DNA from: a virus
DNA: 64,000 bases
Strand: one strand, 5' to 3'
Virus record (IMG/VR): IMGVR_UViG_3300017605_000154
Coordinates: 1 to 64,000 of that record
Shown here: positions 63,946 through 64,000 of the stretch, piece by piece
How positions within the stretch are numbered: the first letter of the stretch is position 1
How the letters are laid out: every line of letters starts with the position of its first letter
Translations under genes and position numbers: made by a program
Notes under the pieces: generated by a model
The model's database searches: none
Told to the model about the DNA's origin: nothing
Seen by the model: the letters and a program-made list of their open reading frames with translations, nothing else

Positions 63946-64000
63946 TCTTGGACGACTCCGTACCAGTTACCATCTCCGTAATCATCGGTAACCGATCCAT

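Noticed and set aside
1-64000. tRNA/tmRNA genes, integrase/repressor, introns or inteins
   Set aside because: No cloverleaf/T-loop signatures noticed, no recombinase motifs, and core genes are uninterrupted and of normal size; lifestyle cannot be settled because the window is incomplete

Overview
The window is most of a tailed dsDNA phage genome (siphovirus with Mu-like head genes) with two oppositely transcribed arms. The + arm (1320-35442) carries a C5 DNA methyltransferase, a probable small terminase, a ~13 kb block of accessory virion/fibre genes interrupted by a sigma-factor/LuxR pair, then terminase, portal, protease-scaffold, capsid, neck, tail (with a -1 frameshifted chaperone), tape measure, tail tip and lysis genes. 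The - arm (35555-64000, plus 1-578) carries replication/recombination genes (UDG-like-PolA fusion, RuvC-like, primase-helicase, SSB, Sak4-like, Cas4-like nuclease, SNF2 helicase, dNMP kinase, MazG-like) and many small early genes. An Rpf-like gene, TAnnnT promoters and a leaderless gene suggest an actinobacterial host (inference). I see no integrase, tRNA, CRISPR array or reverse transcriptase. The strongest unexplained signals are non-coding. (1) A ~600-900 nt promoter-driven RNA at 55931-56870 is built from modules closed by a recurring CGUAG(U/C)U / AGCUACG stem with mutually exclusive pairings, and it heads an operon of envelope-acting genes. (2) A ~400 nt structured leader at 640-1025 is followed by a gene enclosed in a 25/26-bp inverted repeat. 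A Pro-rich micropeptide coupled to a CxCGxYA-domain gene and an orphan HicA-like fusion are the main protein-level candidates. All family calls come from motif recognition by eye; no searches or folding programs were run.
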